Source of the DNA: a virus
Virus genome (UHGV): UHGV-0068444
DNA length: 39,624 bases
Reading direction: 5' to 3' (one strand)
Part shown: piece by piece, positions 27,475-36,871 of the stretch
Position numbering within the stretch: position 1 is the stretch's first letter
Layout of the letters: every line of letters starts with the position of its first letter
Program-made: the position numbers and the translations under genes
Notes under the pieces: generated by a model
What the model was told of the DNA's origin: nothing
The model's database searches: none
What the model saw: only the letters and a program-made list of their open reading frames with translations

Positions 27475-27772
27475 TGTGAAAACCCAGCTCCGTCTGGAGC
27501 CGGAGTTTACGGAGCATGACGACATGCTCCGTAAAATGATGGCGGCTGCGCAGAAGAGTATTGAGCGTGACTACTACTGCAGACTGGTGAGAAGCGATGA
27601 CGAACTGCAGGCGCTACCGGAAGGGGTACGCGGTTTTGTGGCGAATGAAGATATCCAGCTGGCCATGCAGTACCTGGTCGGGGATGCGTATCTGAATGGT
27701 TTCACTGGTCAGTGGCTGGAGACGGATGCCGTCCAGTCTCTTCTTTTCCCGTTGCAGGAGAATACCGTATGA
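27455..27772 (+). CDS. Head-tail connector (gp6-like)
   Basis: 105 aa; MILKLDDVKTQLRLE... typical N-terminus for this family; position after capsid. Confidence 0.55.
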   Translation: MILKLDDVKTQLRLEPEFTEHDDMLRKMMAAAQKSIERDYYCRLVRSDDELQALPEGVRGFVANEDIQLAMQYLVGDAYLNGFTGQWLETDAVQSLLFPLQENTV

Positions 27773-28119
27773 GCCTGAAGCCGGAGGAGATGACCTGCCG
27801 CCTTTCGATTGGGTATATGCAATCCGGACGGGGGCCGCTGGGTGAACACCTGCCGGAAAAACTGGTCACGACCGGGAAAGCCTGGGCGAAGCGCGAACTG
27901 GTGTCAGGCAGAAAGGTTCGCACACTGGATCAGCAGCAGGTTGTTGAAACGTGTCTTTTTACCACTCATCCGAACCTGAATATTGATATCGACTGGAAAA
28001 TAACGACGTCTGACCGGGTTTATACCGTTCGTAACGTCGAACGTCTTACTGACCGCATTATCATCACGGGGGAGGCAGACGCACGTCATGATCGAGCTGG
28101 CATTAAAGACATCACTTGA
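27769..28119 (+). CDS. Head closure / head-tail joining protein
   Basis: Start MSLKPEEM after AGGAG RBS, ATGA overlap with the previous gene; family assigned by size and synteny. Confidence 0.5.
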   Translation: MSLKPEEMTCRLSIGYMQSGRGPLGEHLPEKLVTTGKAWAKRELVSGRKVRTLDQQQVVETCLFTTHPNLNIDIDWKITTSDRVYTVRNVERLTDRIIITGEADARHDRAGIKDIT

Positions 28120-28516
28120 ACGCCTGACCGGGCTGGTTGTTTACCCTCTGCTCCTGCCCGATAAGCTGCTGGAGGGGGTTACTTACCAGCGGATTTCCGA
28201 TCCTGAAATTGAAGTGGGTCTGGTACGTACGGGTCTTGTCACGGCGCGATTCCAGATAACCCTGTATCTCACCGATGATTACACCGGACTGTTACGACTG
28301 GATCAAAAAATCTGGCGTGCATGGCGGCCGGTTGTCCACGGGCAGATAGAAGGGTTTCCGGTGCAGTACGTGGCGCGGGGCAGCATTCAGCAGGATAAAA
28401 ATGTGCTGACCAGCGGCAGTGTGCAGTACCGGCTGGCACGTGACTTTTTCTTTACGTACGCGCAAAGCGCTGACGCTAATGGTGTCGGGGAGGTCGGCGA
28501 TGAGAATATCCGTTGA
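28088..28516 (+). CDS. Tail completion / neck protein (synteny-based)
   Basis: 142-aa ORF within the head-tail joining cluster. Confidence 0.45.
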   Translation: MIELALKTSLERLTGLVVYPLLLPDKLLEGVTYQRISDPEIEVGLVRTGLVTARFQITLYLTDDYTGLLRLDQKIWRAWRPVVHGQIEGFPVQYVARGSIQQDKNVLTSGSVQYRLARDFFFTYAQSADANGVGEVGDENIR

Positions 28517-28916
28517 GGTTGAAGGACTGGCGGAGCTGGAGAAAAGCCTGCTGGCGCTCGGGGAAAACATTGCCCTGAATATCGTACGCGACGCCGGTAC
28601 GAAAGCCATGCAGCCGGTGGTGGATGAAATGATAAGGCACGCGGGATTTAACCCTGATAATGACGGGGAGCATATGCGTGACACCATCCGGGTAAGAAGC
28701 CGTAGCCGTGTCAGGGATGGCCGCTGGCCGACCCTGATGACATTCCGGGCGGGCCCCTCAGCACCGCACACGATAAAAGCCCGCGCGCAGGAGTACGGTA
28801 CGTATAAACAGGTCGCCATACCCTTTATGCGACCAGCTCTCGATAACAATATTCCCAAAATCCTTAGCACGCTTGCACGTGAAATTCGTGCGGGCATTAA
28901 CAGTTATAAACAATAA
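28500..28916 (+). CDS. HK97 gp10-like tail component
   Basis: Start MRISVEVEGLAELEKSL after GGGGAGG RBS; N-terminal pattern typical of the gp10 family. Confidence 0.5.
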   Translation: MRISVEVEGLAELEKSLLALGENIALNIVRDAGTKAMQPVVDEMIRHAGFNPDNDGEHMRDTIRVRSRSRVRDGRWPTLMTFRAGPSAPHTIKARAQEYGTYKQVAIPFMRPALDNNIPKILSTLAREIRAGINSYKQ

Positions 28917-28930
28917 GCACGAGGTCAGAC

Positions 28931-29401
28931 ATGACAGGTAAAACATCATCTGAGTACGCGACCCTTCCGGCAGGATCGGCCGTGAAGTGGGGGATGCCCG
29001 GCGACAATGTCGCGGCGCTGAAGCCACTGAAAAGCTGTACCGGCGTGGGGGCGATGGGGTTACAGGGTGGTTTTGTTGACTGTACCACGCTGCTGGACAC
29101 CCAGAAGCAGTACATTTCGGATCTGCCTGACGGACCGGATAAGACGCTGACGTTTGTTGATGATCCGGAAGACCAGAATCTGACGGATTTTCTGAACGCA
29201 GCAGAGCGTCGCGAGGTGGTGCAGTTTTACGTTGAACTGCCCAATGGTCGCACATCAACGTCAGTTATTGCGCTGGCGGGCTGGCAGATGGCGGAAATCA
29301 AGGCTCCGGCGAGCGCAGCCATCCAGCTCGAGGTGAAGGGTAAGCAAAACTCCATTACATGGGGAAGTAAAGCCACTACCCCGGTTACCCCAAAACCATA
29401 A
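28931..29401 (+). CDS. Major tail (tube) protein
   Basis: 156-aa ORF immediately upstream of the tail assembly chaperone pair (synteny). Confidence 0.5.
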   Translation: MTGKTSSEYATLPAGSAVKWGMPGDNVAALKPLKSCTGVGAMGLQGGFVDCTTLLDTQKQYISDLPDGPDKTLTFVDDPEDQNLTDFLNAAERREVVQFYVELPNGRTSTSVIALAGWQMAEIKAPASAAIQLEVKGKQNSITWGSKATTPVTPKP

Positions 29402-29468
29402 TCGCCCGGCGCCACACGTTAAACGCATCATTTCCTGTTACCCCTTCTGTAAATAAGGACTCTGATAA

Positions 29469-29816
29469 ATGAAAAATCTGAAAAGCGCGCTGCTGTCTGC
29501 CACCCGTACGGTTGCGGACTGTACCCTGCTGGGCGTGCCGGTGCACATCCGTCGTATGAGTGCACTCGAGGCGGCAGACTACGACGATGCCATCGCAGAT
29601 GCCCGCGCAGCGAATAATGCGCTGGTCCCCGCCCGACTCAGTGCCGGACTCATCCTTTCAGTGCTGGTGGATGAAAACGGGAATGCCATTCCACCCAAAA
29701 GCCTCCCCACCGTGGATGAGTTGCTGGCCGTACATGATAACGCCGCCCTGATTGAGGCTGTGTCAGTTATTCAGCGGCACAGTTACGGGACGCTGGAGGA
29801 GGCGCAAAAAAACTGA
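29469..29816 (+). CDS. Tail assembly chaperone (lambda G-like)
   Basis: 115-aa ORF ending just past an A_AAA_AAC slippery heptamer; directly upstream of the tape measure gene. Confidence 0.65.
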   Translation: MKNLKSALLSATRTVADCTLLGVPVHIRRMSALEAADYDDAIADARAANNALVPARLSAGLILSVLVDENGNAIPPKSLPTVDELLAVHDNAALIEAVSVIQRHSYGTLEEAQKN

Positions 29817-30055
29817 GGCAATCTCCCTGGCTGTTGCTGGCTTACCAGCTGGCTGACCGCCTGGGAGAACCCGATCCACTGAAAATTCTGTCTCTGCCAG
29901 CTTCTGTTCTGATGGGGTGGCTGGCGTTTCTTAATCTTCCGGAAATTAATGGTATGGCACCTGGCGACCCGCCCGACAGCGGACTGAATGTACCTGCCAT
30001 TTCACCGGATGATACTGCCGCGGCCTGCGCTGCTTTTATGAGGGTGATGAAATGA
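29469..30055 (+). CDS. Tail assembly chaperone frameshift fusion product (G-T-like), made by -1 slip at 29807-29813
   Basis: Downstream ORF lacks an ATG start (listed with TTG) and is continuous in the -1 frame with the G-like ORF (KKLRQSPWLLLAYQLADRL...); conserved arrangement in long-tailed phages. Confidence 0.55.
29807..29813 (+). other. Programmed -1 ribosomal frameshift site (slippery heptamer A AAA AAC) linking G-like and T-like frames
   Basis: X_XXY_YYZ heptamer 3 nt before the G stop; the -1 frame is open from the slip site through the 29834-30055 ORF. Confidence 0.6.
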
Positions 30056-33024
30056 GTGGTAATGCCGGAACGCTGGCGGTCAGTCTGCATGTGAACAGCG
30101 CCTCTTTCAAAGCCGACCTTATGGATGCTTATCAGACCGGCAGCCGTGAGGCCCGGCGATTTGCTGAGTCCACTCGCAGGGAAATGAAAGAGACCGGGGA
30201 TGCCATCGGCAGTGTGGGTACCAGTGCCGGAGGGCTGGGACGCACTTTCGAAGGCCTTTCCTCGCGCCTGAAAACAGGAAGCGGCGGCTTTGATCAACTG
30301 CGTAGTGCTCTCAATGGTTTTGCTGCCACGGGGAATGTGTCCGCCAGTACGCTGGCTAATGCCCTGGTACCGGCGATATCCCGGACGCTGACGGGGGCTG
30401 AACAACTGAAAGGTGTGCTCGCTCAACAGCGGGACGCGTTCAGCAAAACCGCTCAGGCGGCATATGATGCCGCCCGGGCGCAAATCCAGTCGGCGCAGGC
30501 GGCAAAGCAAAAAGCACTGGATGTGGCACAGAGCGCGGCAAAAGACTATGAAGCAGCGAAGGCTGTCGAAGAAAATGCCGTGGCGCTGGCGCGTCATTAC
30601 GATCAGCAGCAGAAAGTCAATAAAGAGTACGGTCTTGCGGTCAGTTACAGAGAGGAATACCGGAAGATAAACGCGCAGCTTAAAGAGTCAGACATGGCGG
30701 CCAGCGTCGCCAAACAACGGGTGGCTGCGGCGGGAAAGGCAGCGGCAGAAGCGGAGGCACTGGAAGCACTCGGAAAGTCGAAGCTCTCGGATGCCATGCG
30801 TCTTATCAGCGCCAGGAACTATGAGATTTCTCTGTCAGCGCGTGCCGCCGCTGCGGGTACCGCGTTGCTGAACGGTGCACTGGCGATGGTAGGCGGGCCG
30901 GTCGGTCTGGGGATTATTGCGCTGGTTTCTGGCGTGACGGCACTGTGGTCTGCCTACAGCAAAGCTGAAGAAAAAACGAAAGCCCTGAATGCGGCATTAC
31001 TGCAAGGCAATAGTGGCGCGTCACTCAGCCTGACCCGGATCCGGGCGCTGAATAAAAGCCTGGGTGACACGGATGGCTCCATGAAGGCAGTGACGGCTGC
31101 GGTTAAGGCCGGGTTCAGCGGCGAGATGCTGGATCGCGTGTCCTCAGTCGGTAGCCAGCTGGAATCACTGGGGGGGAATGCGGATGAGCTGGTCCGACAG
31201 CTGTCATCCATCAGTGGCGATCCGGTCAAAGCGATGCAGGATGCCACGCAGCAGGGGTACGAATTTAATGCTGCGCAGATAGAGCAGATTGCCACCCTGG
31301 CCCGCCTGGGTAAAACCGCCGAGGCGGTGGCGCTGGTGCAGAAAATCATGCTTGATGACGTTGCGGACAAAATGAAGGAGCAACAGCGTCAGACTGAGGA
31401 GAGCATTGGCTGGTGGGAGAAGCTGAAGAAAGCTGTTTCTGAAGGGCTTGAGGGCTACGCTTCAGCGCAGATTGAGACCAGTCGCGCGATGGCGGCCGCG
31501 GTGGGGGTGGATATTGATGAGCCCGCCCGAAAGCTCAAAGAGAAGCGGGACGAAGAGAAAAAACAGGAGGAAGACCGGGCTCAGGCCGCCCGTCAGCGCC
31601 AGGATGAGCAGAGCAAAGAAATCACCGCCCAGATAAATCTGGCCGCCTGGATCAAGGCCGGGACGGATAAAACCCGTCTTGCAGCAGAAGCCACCGCCGA
31701 TCTCAGTACCCGCTATAAGGCCGGAAAAATCACCGCTGATGAGTACGCTTCTGCCCTGAGAGGGATAGACAAACTCTACGGTGATAAAAAAACCGGGGTG
31801 TCCGCCCATCAGGACAGCGAGGGTGTTCGCCGTCTGGCGCAACTGAAGCAACAGGAAGTGGTGCTGAAAGCGCAGGGGCGTGAAACGGAGCGGATGGGTG
31901 AAAGTCAGAAAAAATTACTGGCTTTTGAACAGGAAATCGCGTCTTACGCCGGGAAAAAACTGACAAAGGCCCAGGAAAGCGTACTGGCTATGCAGGATCA
32001 ACTGCGTGCCCAGCTTGAAACTAACGCAGCCCTGGAGAAGCAAAACGCACAACGTAATCTGGCTGTGACGCTTGAAAAACAACTCCGGGATGTCAGGGAG
32101 GAAACGGCACGCCGTCAGCAGGAGCAGAATAACGCTGCTGCTCAGGTGACGATGAGCGACCGGGAATATGAGCAGATGGTCACCCTGCAACAGATCCGTG
32201 AGGATTTTGCGCAGAAACAGAAAGCGCTCGATGAGGAGGTAAAAGACCATTCATCAGTGCTTTACCAGGCACAGACACAGGCGCTTGCCGAAGAAATGCA
32301 GAGGCAGACTGAAATCGTCAAAAAAGGCGCCGAAGACAAAAAAGCGGCTGAGGAGGATTTTGCGGGAGCCGCCGCCGCAGGCATGAAGAACTGGATGGAC
32401 AAGGCCGGTAACTATGCACAGCAGATAAAGGACGCAGTGTCGAACGCCATGGACGGGCTGGCGGATAACATTGTCGCCACCCTTAACGGCAATAAAAGCT
32501 CATGGCGTGACTGGGGGACGATGATACTCCAGACCATTCAGAAAATTCTGGTGAATGCCGCGCTGGTTAACGGCCTGAAGGCACTGGGCGGATCACTGGG
32601 TGGTGCCGGAGGGATCCTGGGAGGGATTGGCAGTGCAATTTCCGGTGTGGTGGGTAATGCCCGGGGGGGCGTCTATGACTCTCCGGGACTCAGTGCTTAC
32701 AGCTCTACTGTCGTCGACAGGCCCACGCTGTTTCCGTTTGCCAAAGGGGCGGGACTGATGGGGGAAGCGGGGCCGGAAGCGATTATGCCGCTGACCAGAG
32801 ACAGTAAAGGTCGTCTGGCCGTCACCGCGACGGGAATGGAAGGGACGGGAGGTGGCGTGGTGGTTAATCAGCAGTTCAGTGTGCACATACAGAATGACGG
32901 CAGTAACGGTGAAATAGGCCCCGGCGCGCTGAAGATGGTGTATGAGATTGCCGAACAGGCAGCAATGAAAACACTGACTGTGCAGGGGCGTGATGGTGGC
33001 AGGCTGAGCGGAGCATACAGATGA
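30052..33024 (+). CDS. Tail tape measure protein
   Basis: 990 aa, long Ala/Gln/Glu-rich coiled-coil regions, Gly-rich C-terminal segment; between the G/T genes and M. Confidence 0.85.
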   Translation: MSGNAGTLAVSLHVNSASFKADLMDAYQTGSREARRFAESTRREMKETGDAIGSVGTSAGGLGRTFEGLSSRLKTGSGGFDQLRSALNGFAATGNVSASTLANALVPAISRTLTGAEQLKGVLAQQRDAFSKTAQAAYDAARAQIQSAQAAKQKALDVAQSAAKDYEAAKAVEENAVALARHYDQQQKVNKEYGLAVSYREEYRKINAQLKESDMAASVAKQRVAAAGKAAAEAEALEALGKSKLSDAMRLISARNYEISLSARAAAAGTALLNGALAMVGGPVGLGIIALVSGVTALWSAYSKAEEKTKALNAALLQGNSGASLSLTRIRALNKSLGDTDGSMKAVTAAVKAGFSGEMLDRVSSVGSQLESLGGNADELVRQLSSISGDPVKAMQDATQQGYEFNAAQIEQIATLARLGKTAEAVALVQKIMLDDVADKMKEQQRQTEESIGWWEKLKKAVSEGLEGYASAQIETSRAMAAAVGVDIDEPARKLKEKRDEEKKQEEDRAQAARQRQDEQSKEITAQINLAAWIKAGTDKTRLAAEATADLSTRYKAGKITADEYASALRGIDKLYGDKKTGVSAHQDSEGVRRLAQLKQQEVVLKAQGRETERMGESQKKLLAFEQEIASYAGKKLTKAQESVLAMQDQLRAQLETNAALEKQNAQRNLAVTLEKQLRDVREETARRQQEQNNAAAQVTMSDREYEQMVTLQQIREDFAQKQKALDEEVKDHSSVLYQAQTQALAEEMQRQTEIVKKGAEDKKAAEEDFAGAAAAGMKNWMDKAGNYAQQIKDAVSNAMDGLADNIVATLNGNKSSWRDWGTMILQTIQKILVNAALVNGLKALGGSLGGAGGILGGIGSAISGVVGNARGGVYDSPGLSAYSSTVVDRPTLFPFAKGAGLMGEAGPEAIMPLTRDSKGRLAVTATGMEGTGGGVVVNQQFSVHIQNDGSNGEIGPGALKMVYEIAEQAAMKTLTVQGRDGGRLSGAYR

Positions 33025-33365
33025 CAGCGCAACTGAAAACATTTCACTGGTCGCCCAGAGAAGGGATGAAGATGGCATCAAAGCCGTCTGTTGTCACGGT
33101 GAGATTTGGTGACGGGTATTCGCAGCGCAGGGCGGCAGGGCTGAATGCGCAACTGAAAACGTGGTCGCCGGTATTCCGGGTTCAGGGGGAAAGGGAGATT
33201 CGCGCCCTGAACGATTTTCTGGATGCGCATGCAGGGTACCGGGCTTTTTTGTGGCGACCGCCGCTGGTGAACCGGCTGGTCAGAGTGATATGCCCTGAAT
33301 GGGATGTCAGCAATCTGGGGGGGTACACTGATTTCTCATGCAGGTTTGAGCAGGTCGTGATTTAA
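33021..33365 (+). CDS. Minor tail protein M (lambda gpM family)
   Basis: 114 aa; KTFHWSP...KPSVVTVRFGDGYSQRRAAGLNAQLKTWS...FLWRPP...FEQVV closely parallels lambda M. Confidence 0.9.
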   Translation: MTAQLKTFHWSPREGMKMASKPSVVTVRFGDGYSQRRAAGLNAQLKTWSPVFRVQGEREIRALNDFLDAHAGYRAFLWRPPLVNRLVRVICPEWDVSNLGGYTDFSCRFEQVVI

Positions 33366-33481
33366 AGATCGAAGAATCGATCTGATCGATCGATATATTT
33401 AATTGAACTTATTCAGCTGCTGGTGATGTTGTTCAGGCGCACGCCATGGTGCGCCTTATAAACAAACTGAAGGGAAACAAT

Positions 33482-34012
33482 ATGAATAAGTTAGCAGTGG
33501 CTGTTCTGGCTATGTCGGTTCTTGGTGGTGTCGGGGTTGCAAGTGCCGCTGATTATAAAAATACCGTGTCTCTGGGATATGCACATACACATTTGTCTGG
33601 TTTGATTTCAGGAAATGCAGCTGGTGCGAATCTGAAATATAACTGGGAACATCTGAATAGCGGGTTTGGCGTAGTGGGATCGCTTACCTATACCGAAGCT
33701 GATCTTAATAATTATTATTACGGCTATCGGGTTGGCGAAGTTAACTACACGTCTTTCCTTGTGGGGCCGTCATATCGTTTTAATGATTTTCTGAGTACCT
33801 ACATCATGCTCGGAGGGGCCAGTGGCGAAGTGAAAGATAATTTTGGGCACAGTGAATCTAAAACGAGTTTCGCCTATGGGATCGGTATCCAGGTTAACCC
33901 GGTAGAGCATTTTGCAATCAATGCCTCATATGAGCATGCTAAATTCAGTACTCAACTGGGTGATGATATTGATGCCGGAACCTGGGTTTTGGGTGTGGGT
34001 TACAGTTTCTGA
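33482..34012 (+). CDS. lom: Ail/Lom/PagC-family outer-membrane beta-barrel protein (cargo gene)
   Basis: Start MNKLAVAVLAMSVLGGVGVASA (signal peptide); ends GVGYSF (aromatic terminal residue typical of OMPs); alternating hydrophobic pattern; lower GC than neighbours. Confidence 0.8.
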   Translation: MNKLAVAVLAMSVLGGVGVASAADYKNTVSLGYAHTHLSGLISGNAAGANLKYNWEHLNSGFGVVGSLTYTEADLNNYYYGYRVGEVNYTSFLVGPSYRFNDFLSTYIMLGGASGEVKDNFGHSESKTSFAYGIGIQVNPVEHFAINASYEHAKFSTQLGDDIDAGTWVLGVGYSF

Positions 34013-34031
34013 CAGTATTCAATATTCCAAT

Positions 34032-34059
34032 AAAAAACCCTCCACTGTGAGGGTTTTTT
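34032..34059. terminator. Bidirectional intrinsic terminator between the lom-like and sodC genes
   Basis: aaaaaaccctc-cactgt-gagggtttttt: hairpin flanked by an A-run and a T-run, between convergent genes. Confidence 0.75.
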
Positions 34060-34126
34060 ATTGGGTAAATTTTCCGGCCTCCTCCTAAAGGTGCTGTCCG
34101 GTGTCTTTTTGTTGTATTACCTGCTG

Positions 34127-34654
34127 CTAGTTTATGACACCACAAGAAAAACGTGCCCCACCTCCGCCAAGAGTCACCGGAGTGTCAGAGTAGTTATCAC
34201 CACCTTTGTGGATCATAAGTGAATGCCCCTTAAGGTCGGACAGTGATTTAAGGCGCGGAGCCAGGATCGGGTATGTGGCATGACCATCAGTGTTGACAAC
34301 CAGCCCAGGCAGATCGCCCAGGTGACCTTTATCATTGTACGGTCCAAGGTGTTTACCTGTTTTCTCAGGATCCAGATGACCTCCCGCCATCAGGGCTGGC
34401 ACATTTTTTCCATCCTGGAGACCAGGCATGCAGGATGGATTAGTATGGACATGGAAGCCATGAACTCCCGGGGTAAGGTTGTTAAGGTCGGGGGTAAAAA
34501 GCAGGCCGTAAGGTGTCTCAGACACAGTTATTTCGCCGATGTTTTTACCTGCACCGTCAGAGAGTACGTCGTTCATTTTGACGGTCAGGCTGTTTTCTGC
34601 CACCGCTGAACAACTGATCAACATTCCAGCCATCACTAATATTCTTAATTCCAT
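34127..34654 (-). CDS. sodC: Periplasmic Cu/Zn superoxide dismutase (cargo gene)
   Basis: 175 aa with signal peptide; HGFHVH, GGHLDP, HLGDLP and GGGGAR...CGVI motifs characteristic of Cu,Zn-SOD. Confidence 0.9.
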   Translation of the reverse strand: MELRILVMAGMLISCSAVAENSLTVKMNDVLSDGAGKNIGEITVSETPYGLLFTPDLNNLTPGVHGFHVHTNPSCMPGLQDGKNVPALMAGGHLDPEKTGKHLGPYNDKGHLGDLPGLVVNTDGHATYPILAPRLKSLSDLKGHSLMIHKGGDNYSDTPVTLGGGGARFSCGVIN

Positions 34655-34744
34655 GATTAATGTTCCTTTTCTGTCAATGACATCAATATTCTTATGTGAT
34701 GGAGAGGTCTTTTTTCAACCAGTTTTACAGAAAGGATTTTGATT

Positions 34745-35440
34745 ATGCAGGACGTCCCACAGGACACGCTTAACGAAACCACCCGAACAGAGCAGTCCGC
34801 CCGAATCAGTCTCTGGGAATTTGATGCAACAGCCATCGGAGGGGAGCGTTATTTTTTCTGTAATGAGCCCAATGAAAAAGGCGAGCCGGTGACCTGGCAG
34901 GGGCGACAGTATGAGCCTTACCCGATACAGTCAGATGATTTTGAGATGAACGGCGTCGGCCCGGCGCCGCGTATCAGCCTTGTCGTGTCGAATATGTTTG
35001 GTCTGGTGACGGGCATGGCGGAAGATCTGCAGAGTCTGACCGGCGCGCGGGTGGTGCGTCGCCTGGTGTATGCAAAATTTCTCGATGCGGTGAATTTCGT
35101 GAACGGCAATCCGGATGCCGATCCGGAACAGGAGGCCGTGGCCTGGTATGTGGTGGAGCAGCTCTCGGAACTCACATCCGGCACTGCCACATTTATTCTC
35201 GCTAACCCTGTTGAAACTGACGGCTCGGTGTTTCCGGCACGTATTATGCTGGCGGATATCTGTACGTGGACATACCGGGGAGATGAGTGCGGGTATGACG
35301 GCCCGCCGGTAGCCGATGAATTTGATAAACCCACCTCAGATCCTGCAAAGGATCAATGCAGCAGATGTCCTGCAGGATGCAGGCTACGTAACAATATTGC
35401 CAGAGCAGGCTTTTTTATCTCCATTAACAAACTTTCCTGA
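34745..35440 (+). CDS. Minor tail protein L (lambda gpL family)
   Basis: Start MQDVPQDTLNETTRTEQSA; near-identical blocks to lambda L (GGERYFFCNE.NEKGEPVTWQGRQY, TWTYRGDECGY, FRNN...SINKLS). Confidence 0.95.
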   Translation: MQDVPQDTLNETTRTEQSARISLWEFDATAIGGERYFFCNEPNEKGEPVTWQGRQYEPYPIQSDDFEMNGVGPAPRISLVVSNMFGLVTGMAEDLQSLTGARVVRRLVYAKFLDAVNFVNGNPDADPEQEAVAWYVVEQLSELTSGTATFILANPVETDGSVFPARIMLADICTWTYRGDECGYDGPPVADEFDKPTSDPAKDQCSRCPAGCRLRNNIARAGFFISINKLS

Positions 35441-35450
35441 CGGTGACGTT

Positions 35451-36194
35451 ATGACAAAAACAGAACAGGATATTCTGGCGCATGCCGCACAGTGTGCACC
35501 GGCGGAATCGTGCGGGTATGTGGTCAGAACGGATGCGGGGGAGATGTACCTTCCCTGTGAAAATCTGTCTGCGGAACCCACCATGTATTTTCGCATGGTG
35601 CCGGAGGCGTATCTCCGTGCGCAGGCGGCAGGCGACATCGTGGCGCTGGTCCACAGTCACCCGGGCGGCCAGCCGTTTCTGAGTGAAGGGGACCGATGTT
35701 TGCAGTTACAGAGTGCACTTCCCTGGTGGCTGGCCTGCGACGGTAAAGTGCATAAGTTTCGCTGCGTGCCGCATCTCACAGGGCGGAGTTTTGAACATGG
35801 TGTGACGGACTGCTACACACTGCTGCGGGACGCCTGGCATCTGGCGGGGATCGAACTGCCTGATTTTGAACGCCAGGATGGCTGGTGGGATCGTGGGGAG
35901 AATATGTATCTGGATAATTTTCCTGACATTGGTTTTTACCCGGTAGAGCCTGAGGCCACGCAGACGGGGGATGTGTTGATTTGCTGCTTCGCATCGTCGG
36001 TGGCGAATCATGCCGCAGTGATCTGTGACAATGGGGAGCTGTTACACCATATTCCTGACCAGTTAAGCAAACGAGAGAGGTATACCGACAAATGGCAACG
36101 CCGCACACACTCAATCTGGCGTCACCGGGAATGGCGCGCATCTGCCTTTACGGGGATTTACAACGATTTGGTCGCCGCATTGATCTCAGCATAA
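35451..36194 (+). CDS. Tail tip assembly protein K (lambda gpK family)
   Basis: Start MTKTEQDILAHAAQCAPAESCGYVV; blocks VALVHSHPGG, HKFRCVPHLTGR.FEHGVTDCYTL, SKRERYTDKWQRRTHS match lambda K. Confidence 0.95.
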   Translation: MTKTEQDILAHAAQCAPAESCGYVVRTDAGEMYLPCENLSAEPTMYFRMVPEAYLRAQAAGDIVALVHSHPGGQPFLSEGDRCLQLQSALPWWLACDGKVHKFRCVPHLTGRSFEHGVTDCYTLLRDAWHLAGIELPDFERQDGWWDRGENMYLDNFPDIGFYPVEPEATQTGDVLICCFASSVANHAAVICDNGELLHHIPDQLSKRERYTDKWQRRTHSIWRHREWRASAFTGIYNDLVAALISA

Positions 36195-36802
36195 ATTCAG
36201 CGGCGGAAGGGCTGCATGCGCTGTTTATGCAGATACCGGAATTCCGTCAAAAACTGAACGAAGGCTGGTACCAGGTCCGGATTTCAGGACAGGATATTGC
36301 TTCTGATGAGGTGACCGCCCGGCTGCATGAGCCTTTACTGCCGGGGGCTGTCATTCATATCGTGCCCCGGGCCGAAGGTGCAAAATCCGGCTGGGGGGGG
36401 ATAATTCTGGGGGGAATTCTGGTCGCCGCTTCATTTATCCCCGGGCTGAATGCAATGGTGGCGACCGCCATGCTTTCATTTGGTATCTCAGCGACACTGG
36501 GGGGCGTGGCGCAGTTACTGACCCCGAAAGTGAATACGGCGGATGGCAATACAGCCGATAACGGTAAGCAGAGTACATACTTTTCCTCACTCGAAAACAT
36601 GATTGCCCAGGGGAATCCGATGCCGGTACCGTACGGTGAAATTATGGTGGGGTCCCGGCGGATTTCGCAGACCCTGAGTACACGGGATGAGAGCTCGCCG
36701 GAGAAGGTGATTAATTATGGCGGACCGTTCGCCCGGTACGAGGAGCTCATGTTACAGATTGCCGGGCTGCCCATTACGAAGCCTCGAGTTATTGTGCACT
36801 GA
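36092..36802 (+). CDS. Tail assembly protein I (lambda gpI family)
   Basis: MATPHTLNLASPGMARICLYGDLQRFGRRIDL parallels lambda I; alternative start at MARICLYG (36131); overlaps the 3' end of K. Confidence 0.85.
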   Translation: MATPHTLNLASPGMARICLYGDLQRFGRRIDLSINSAAEGLHALFMQIPEFRQKLNEGWYQVRISGQDIASDEVTARLHEPLLPGAVIHIVPRAEGAKSGWGGIILGGILVAASFIPGLNAMVATAMLSFGISATLGGVAQLLTPKVNTADGNTADNGKQSTYFSSLENMIAQGNPMPVPYGEIMVGSRRISQTLSTRDESSPEKVINYGGPFARYEELMLQIAGLPITKPRVIVH

Positions 36803-36871
36803 CGCAGTTTCACAGCGTACCGATACTGACCGCCCTGATGGCGGTTTTGTCATTTATGGAGTGAGTAAAAC

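Noticed and set aside
28292-29258. Minus-strand ORFs of 201 and 166 aa across the tail-completion and major tail genes
   Set aside because: Antisense to a compact, translationally coupled plus-strand operon; Arg/Ser/Pro-rich translations.
29842-30597. 251-aa ORF on the minus strand
   Set aside because: Antisense to the well-supported tail chaperone and tape-measure genes; typical GC-rich antisense open frame with an Arg/Ser/Gly-rich translation and no RBS.
30954-31851. Minus-strand ORFs of 138 and 129 aa inside the tape measure gene
   Set aside because: Antisense to a strongly supported coding region; low-complexity translations.
33030-33170. Duplicated caactgaaaac motif inside the M gene
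   Set aside because: Reflects a repeated AQLKT peptide within one coding sequence; not an independent repeat element.
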